A stretch of DNA of 64,000 nucleotides from the human T2T-CHM13v2.0 reference genome, Homo sapiens, in the NCBI RefSeq assembly GCF_009914755.1, contig NC_060942.1, one strand, 5' to 3'. The notes beneath the pieces were generated by a model, which saw only the letters and a list, made by a program, of their open reading frames with translations, had not been told where the DNA came from and searched no databases. The position numbers were made by a program, and so were the translations under genes. Shown here piece by piece: positions 58,769 through 64,000 of this stretch; position 1 is the first letter of the stretch; every line of letters begins with the position of its first letter.

Positions 58769-58828
58769 GTGTTTCACTCTGAAAAAGAGACGAAGAGCTC
58801 AAGAATAAAGGCTGAAGAAAAAGAGGTG
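58769..58828 (+). CDS. SERPINB13: SERPINB13 coding exon 2 (VFHSEKETKSSRIKAEEKEV); alternative donor after 58855 adds 9 aa
   Basis: Acceptor ttccag; donors GTG|GTAAGA (58828) and GAG|GTGGGG (58855), both phase 0. Confidence 0.93.
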
Positions 58829-60480
58829 GTAAGAATAAAGGCTGAAGGAAAAGAGGTGGGGAGATGTGTTTTACAAACTTCAGTAGAGTTGCATTTTAGG
58901 TGTGGGGTCTCTGGGGAAAAGGACTGAGAAAGGCATGAAAGCAATATTGTTGCTTTACTATTAAGCAATAATAATCACCATAGACAAATATTGTTGTAAG
59001 GATTATACAATAATAATAACCCCTTAATATTGAGAAGAGACCTTAGGTGTAATGGACAATACCGCTATGATAGAACTGGTAAAGGCTAATAGACAGAAAA
59101 GTTCCCATAGCAGAGTGGATGGGTTTTGGAGTTAAACAGACTTAGGTCCAAGTCCTGGCTCAGTCACTTAAGAGCGATGCTACTTTGGGCAAGTTATTTA
59201 TCTTCTTTCAGCCTCTGTAAAGTCCGCAGTAGGGGCATCTGGCAACTGAGCCAGTGGTGGTGGTGGTAGTAGCAGTAGGTGATATTATTGCTAAACTCCA
59301 CTCATATTTTTAACCCCGTGCTGATGTTGTATTTAAAAAATTATTACAGGCCCAATGACTTCCTGAGGTCTTTTCCAGCTCCAGTGTTCCTGTATTCGCC
59401 ATCCAAAGGAGAGTCTACTCAAATATGGGAAAGGAATAAGCCCATTAGGTCGGGGCTAGGATCAGACGTTAGCACTCTCAGGAAGGGCACAGCTGCTCTG
59501 ACAGTAGTCATAGTGCAATTCCAGACCCTCATAAAACCATGGCTCAGATCACCCAGCAATAGGAGCTGCTCATTTCACAACCCCAAAAGGCTAGGTCGTG
59601 TGGGTGGCTCAGTTGCTCCTGTGGAGGGTCAGGCTTCCTTTCAGGGTTTGCGCAACCAAGTTGGGTCATATGGCCACTGCAATGTTCCCTCAACTGAGAA
59701 GTGCAGTTGTCTTCAGAGCACATTCTTTCTCAGCCATGATAGCCCATGTAGAACCTTTGTGCAAATTAGAAAACAGCTCATTCTTTTGGATAGCTGCCCT
59801 ACTCCTATGTGAAGGGCTAGATGACTGGGGTGGAAACTGAATTTCAGCTTTGTGTAAGGCAAAGCTTACACATACATGCTGTCTAGCAGTTTTGCCCATT
59901 CCCCAGAATTTTCCTGGGAGCCACAGGGGTATGAAGAGAATAGAATTACTGACTGAAAGGATATTAGCACTGGAATACATCTTAGAGGTCATCTACTCCA
60001 ATCTCCTCATTTAATAGTTTGCCCAGAGACTGGCTTGGCATGTACCCGTTTGATTATTATGTAAATTCAGAGTATTTTGAATCTTGCTTTTAAAAAATGC
60101 TGATAAAATCTCAAGACATATGTACAAAAGGTATAAGGAAAAATGCAATAAACACACTTTAACCCCTCCTTTAAGTGTACAAAATAAACTATTACCAAAT
60201 CAGCTGATGCCCCTTAGGCTGATGTATAACACCTTCCTTGAGCACGCCCCCATCCTCTCCTCAGAGAGGAAGTCCCACTATTGTGGATTAGGTGTTCATT
60301 ATTCCCACGTATTTATTATTTCATTACATGCCATATATTTTTGTCATTCTTCTTTGGAACTTGATTATTTTTGGCTTAGCATCATGTTTATAAGATTCAT
60401 CTATTTTAAGGGGATACTTATAGCTCTATTTGATTCATTTTTATAGCTATTTCCTCATTTATTTTGTTGATGGGGCCGGC

Positions 60481-60584
60481 CTTCCTTCCTTCCTTCCTTC
60501 CCTCCTTCCTTCCTTTTTTCTTTCCTTCCTTCCTTCCTTCCTTCCCTCCTTCCTTCCTTTTTTCTTTCCTTCCTTCCTTCCTTC
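60481..60584. repeat. (CCTT)n microsatellite
   Basis: cttccttccttcc tract. Confidence 0.95.
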
Positions 60585-60654
60585 TACAAACAATGCAAAA
60601 ATGGCCTTTTTAATGCCAGCCTCCTAATTTGCCTGGGTGAGAGTTTATCCAGTC

Positions 60655-60910
60655 CCAAGCTATCCAGTATAGTAGCTACTCAAGTGGCTATTGAACACTT
60701 GCAATACATCTAGTTTGAATCCAGATGTGCTATAGGTATAAAATGCATATTATATTTTAAGAACTTAGTATGAGAAAGGAATACAAAATATTAATTTTCA
60801 TGTATTATTTTTGCTGAAATATGTATCTTATATATTAATATGTAATTAATATTTATTGTATTTATATGTTGAAATAATGACATTCTAGATATGTCGTTAA
60901 GGTAACATAG
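60655..60910. mobile_element. MER33-like hAT DNA transposon
   Basis: gtggctattgaacacttg...gatgtgctataggtataaaatgca...tgttgaaataatga. Confidence 0.6.
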
Positions 60911-61460
60911 AATATGAAAACTTCAATCAGAAAACTGATGGGTCCTACATAAAATATTCAGAAAATTTTTTTTTTCCCCTGGAGACAAGGATAAATCTCA
61001 CTTCAGCCCAATGTGTAGTGACTCATACCATTAGGAGTCACTCTTCTTATTCACTATCTGGAAAAATTTCCAAACTTCAATAGATAAGAATCGTCCGGAG
61101 AAATCACTTACTTTCCTTAGATGCTTAGAATCTTGTGGGGAGCTAAAAACAAGCTTATTGAACATTTAGTGAGCACTTTTATTTGAGACCAAAAAAGCCC
61201 ACAACTTGAGTTATAAATGCAAGATCTGTGGTGTTGGGCTGGCAGAGAAGGCTTCTCTCTGGAGCTGAGATTGGTCATAACTGACATTATCATATGACTT
61301 GGGTAAAGGCTACCTGATATCCAGGGGCCACATCAAACACAGGGATCACCCTTGAGGCTGACAAACGGAGGGAGAGACCCAGCAGCCGCATCCTCTTAGG
61401 GGAGAATCTGGGCTTGCTTTTGCCAAGATAACCTGTTGAGATTTTGTTTTAATTTTCAAG

Positions 61461-61589
61461 ATTGAGAACACAGAAGCAGTACATCAACAATTCCAAAAGT
61501 TTTTGACTGAAATAAGCAAACTCACTAATGATTATGAACTGAACATAACCAACAGGCTGTTTGGAGAAAAAACATACCTCTTCCTTCAA
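61461..61589 (+). CDS. SERPINB13: SERPINB13 coding exon 3 (IENTEAVHQQF...TNRLFGEKTYLFLQ)
   Basis: Acceptor ttcaag, 129 nt, donor CAA|GTAAGT; translated by hand. Confidence 0.96.
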
Positions 61590-61966
61590 GTAAGTTTGCC
61601 ATGCCTACCATATCTGTGAGTGGTATTCTGGAATGGCCAAATGGCCCTGGTAGGACTATGGGTCCTGAAGTCGTGCTGCCTGGCTCTGGCCACATCCCTG
61701 TGGTGCTTTTCCATCCTGATCTACAGATATTCAGAACTGCAGGGAGTTCCTTTTTAGTCCTGGCAATCTGAACCTGATTTTTGCCTCATCCCCAGAATAG
61801 CTGCATAAAAATGTGCAGCAGGAACTCAATGTGAGATGCCCAGGGCCTTAAAATTTCTCTTACTGTATTAGTCATCCTAATGTATACATAAATTTATTTA
61901 GAGATGTTGGCAATTGATAAATTGAGTTTTTAACCTCTTTTTATTCCTTCCTTGTTTCTCCTAAAG

Positions 61967-62084
61967 AAATACTTAGATTATGTTGAAAAATATTATCATG
62001 CATCTCTGGAACCTGTTGATTTTGTAAATGCAGCCGATGAAAGTCGAAAGAAGATTAATTCCTGGGTTGAAAGCAAAACAAATG
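61967..62084 (+). CDS. SERPINB13: SERPINB13 coding exon 4 (KYLDYVEKYY...INSWVESKTN)
   Basis: 118 nt, same length and phase as the SERPINB12 paralogous exon; donor ATG|GTAGAG. Confidence 0.96.
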
Positions 62085-63019
62085 GTAGAGTATGGGTGGG
62101 TCATTCATTGCAAAAAAACAAAAACAAAGAAACAAACAAACAAAAAACACTTCTTGACAACCTGCTGTGAATGAAGCCCTGGACTTGTCACTGCGTGGGG
62201 TGCCATGCAGTGCACAAGCTTTGGGAAGGGACTTGAGATAGGTTTTGCAGGGTTGGAAGGGCAAGCCCAGGCCTAGGAGGTAGGGAAGGCACTGCAGATG
62301 GTGGAGCAATTTCAGCAAATGTGGAGCGGCCAAGGGGAGCCAGTGAGGGGACTGCATGAAGCCAAATGCACGGAAACGCTTGCTGGAGCACTGTTTACAC
62401 ATAGCCATGGATCACAATATCTTGGGGGTCCTGAAAATAGGATGATGCCTGTCTTGGGTTTACATTCTTTCCTTTATATCAGAGCCTTTCTTCCTGAGTT
62501 TTTCTCTGTCTGTGTTAAATGAGAAACACGCAGCTCTCCCATCAAGACTTGTCGTTCCCATCCACAGCTGGGGCCACCTAGTCTTCATCTTCACTTAAGC
62601 ATAGTGCAGGGGTAACGACAACCTACAGCTCTCCCCACAGCAGAGGATTTGACAAGTTTCTTATCCCATTATTCCTTTCTCATCCCCTGGTATGGGAAAT
62701 CCACAGAGAAATGTTAATGTGGAAATTCACCTTGGGGAGCAATAGCTGATACTTTAGTGTTAGAGTTTCAGATTCCATTTTTATACCAATTATCAGAGAG
62801 AACTTTGTTATTCAGAATGTGTTTTTTTTTCCCCTCATGCTTGGTCTGAAGAAAGGAAATAAAAGAAACAGAAAAAATAGGATCTTTCAAAAAGTTGAAC
62901 AGTATTTTTTAGAATTTATTGTGGGATGGGGTGAACTCAGAGACAAAAATATCAACTCCTTCTCCAATATAATAAGTAATCCCTTAATCTCAGGTGGTAA
63001 CTATATTGAATGGTAAGCA

Positions 63020-63255
63020 TAATAGCTAACACAGAGTGCTTATTATGTGTGAGATGGTATTCTAATAGCTTTACATGTGTTAAATCATTTGTTCCTTTCA
63101 ACAACCCTATGAGGCAGATTTTATTCCTATTTTACAGATGTGGAAACTGAGGCACAGAGAGTTTAAATAACTTGCCCAAGATTCCTCAGCTGATAAGAGG
63201 CAAACTGGATGCTAACAGAGGCATCTGACCCCAGAGTCTGGACTCTTAACCATGA
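63020..63255 (-). mobile_element. MIR
   Basis: ttttacagatgtggaaactgaggcacagagagtttaaataacttgcccaag. Confidence 0.85.
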
Positions 63256-63466
63256 ACCTTAATTTATCCACTGGGATAAATAGGCGATGGGCAAAATGAG
63301 AACCTCCCCGTCGATTCTGCCAGCAAACCCTTTGTCAGCAAGGCCCTCAGGTGCTGACCTGGCTGGGTTTTTAATGATCAGTCAAGTCCATCCGCATCAT
63401 ATTTGTCATACATATTACTTGTCATTTGGAAGATGGGTCAACGTTTTTCTGTTTCTTCATTTGCAG

Positions 63467-63609
63467 AAAAAATCAAGGACTTGTTCCCAGATGGCTCTAT
63501 TAGTAGCTCTACCAAGCTGGTGCTGGTGAACATGGTTTATTTTAAAGGGCAATGGGACAGGGAGTTTAAGAAAGAAAATACTAAGGAAGAGAAATTTTGG
63601 ATGAATAAG
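63467..63609 (+). CDS. SERPINB13: SERPINB13 coding exon 5 (KIKDLFPDG...LVNMVYFKGQW...FWMNK); gene continues beyond the window
   Basis: Acceptor ttgcag, 143 nt, donor AAG|GTATGG. Confidence 0.96.
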
Positions 63610-63670
63610 GTATGGCCCTTAGTTTATTTTCGTGATGTGCTTACACATGGAATGTAAAGTCTAAAGTCAT

Positions 63671-63998
<328 letters not shown>

Positions 63999-64000
63999 TA

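Noticed and set aside
59279-59812. 177-aa intronic ORF
   Set aside because: Non-ATG start, no recognisable domain and no supporting splice structure.

Overview
AT-rich, Alu/L1-rich primate genomic DNA. I recognise it from the protein sequence as the human clade-B (ov-)serpin cluster on chr18q21.3. It holds the complete coding region of SERPINB12: + strand, seven coding exons at 25254-36122, splicing to 405 aa, or 425 aa with an alternative donor, P1-P1' Arg370-Ser371. A non-coding first exon probably lies near 11.5 kb, and the 3' UTR probably runs to about 38.4 kb. The window also holds the 5' part of SERPINB13 (hurpin/headpin): non-coding exon 1 ending at 56560 and five coding exons at 57778-63609, with the gene continuing past the window. 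The rest is transposon-derived (Alus, L1, L2, MIR, MaLR/ERV1 solo LTRs, MER DNA elements, a near full-length Tigger2) or simple repeat. I see no new multi-gene system. The most interesting signals are structural: (1) an Alu re-retroposed 13 kb downstream with ~100 bp of SERPINB12 intron flank (5' transduction, with TSD); (2) a BC200 retropseudogene and a second composite retroposed insert nested in Tigger2; (3) a 5'-inverted (twin-primed) Alu; (4) a 30-bp exonic duplication that created the strongest SERPINB13 exon-3 donor; (5) a possible in-frame N-terminal extension of SERPINB13; (6) a MER5A element forming the SERPINB13 proximal promoter. Repeat family names were assigned by eye against remembered consensus sequences, and repeat boundaries are approximate.
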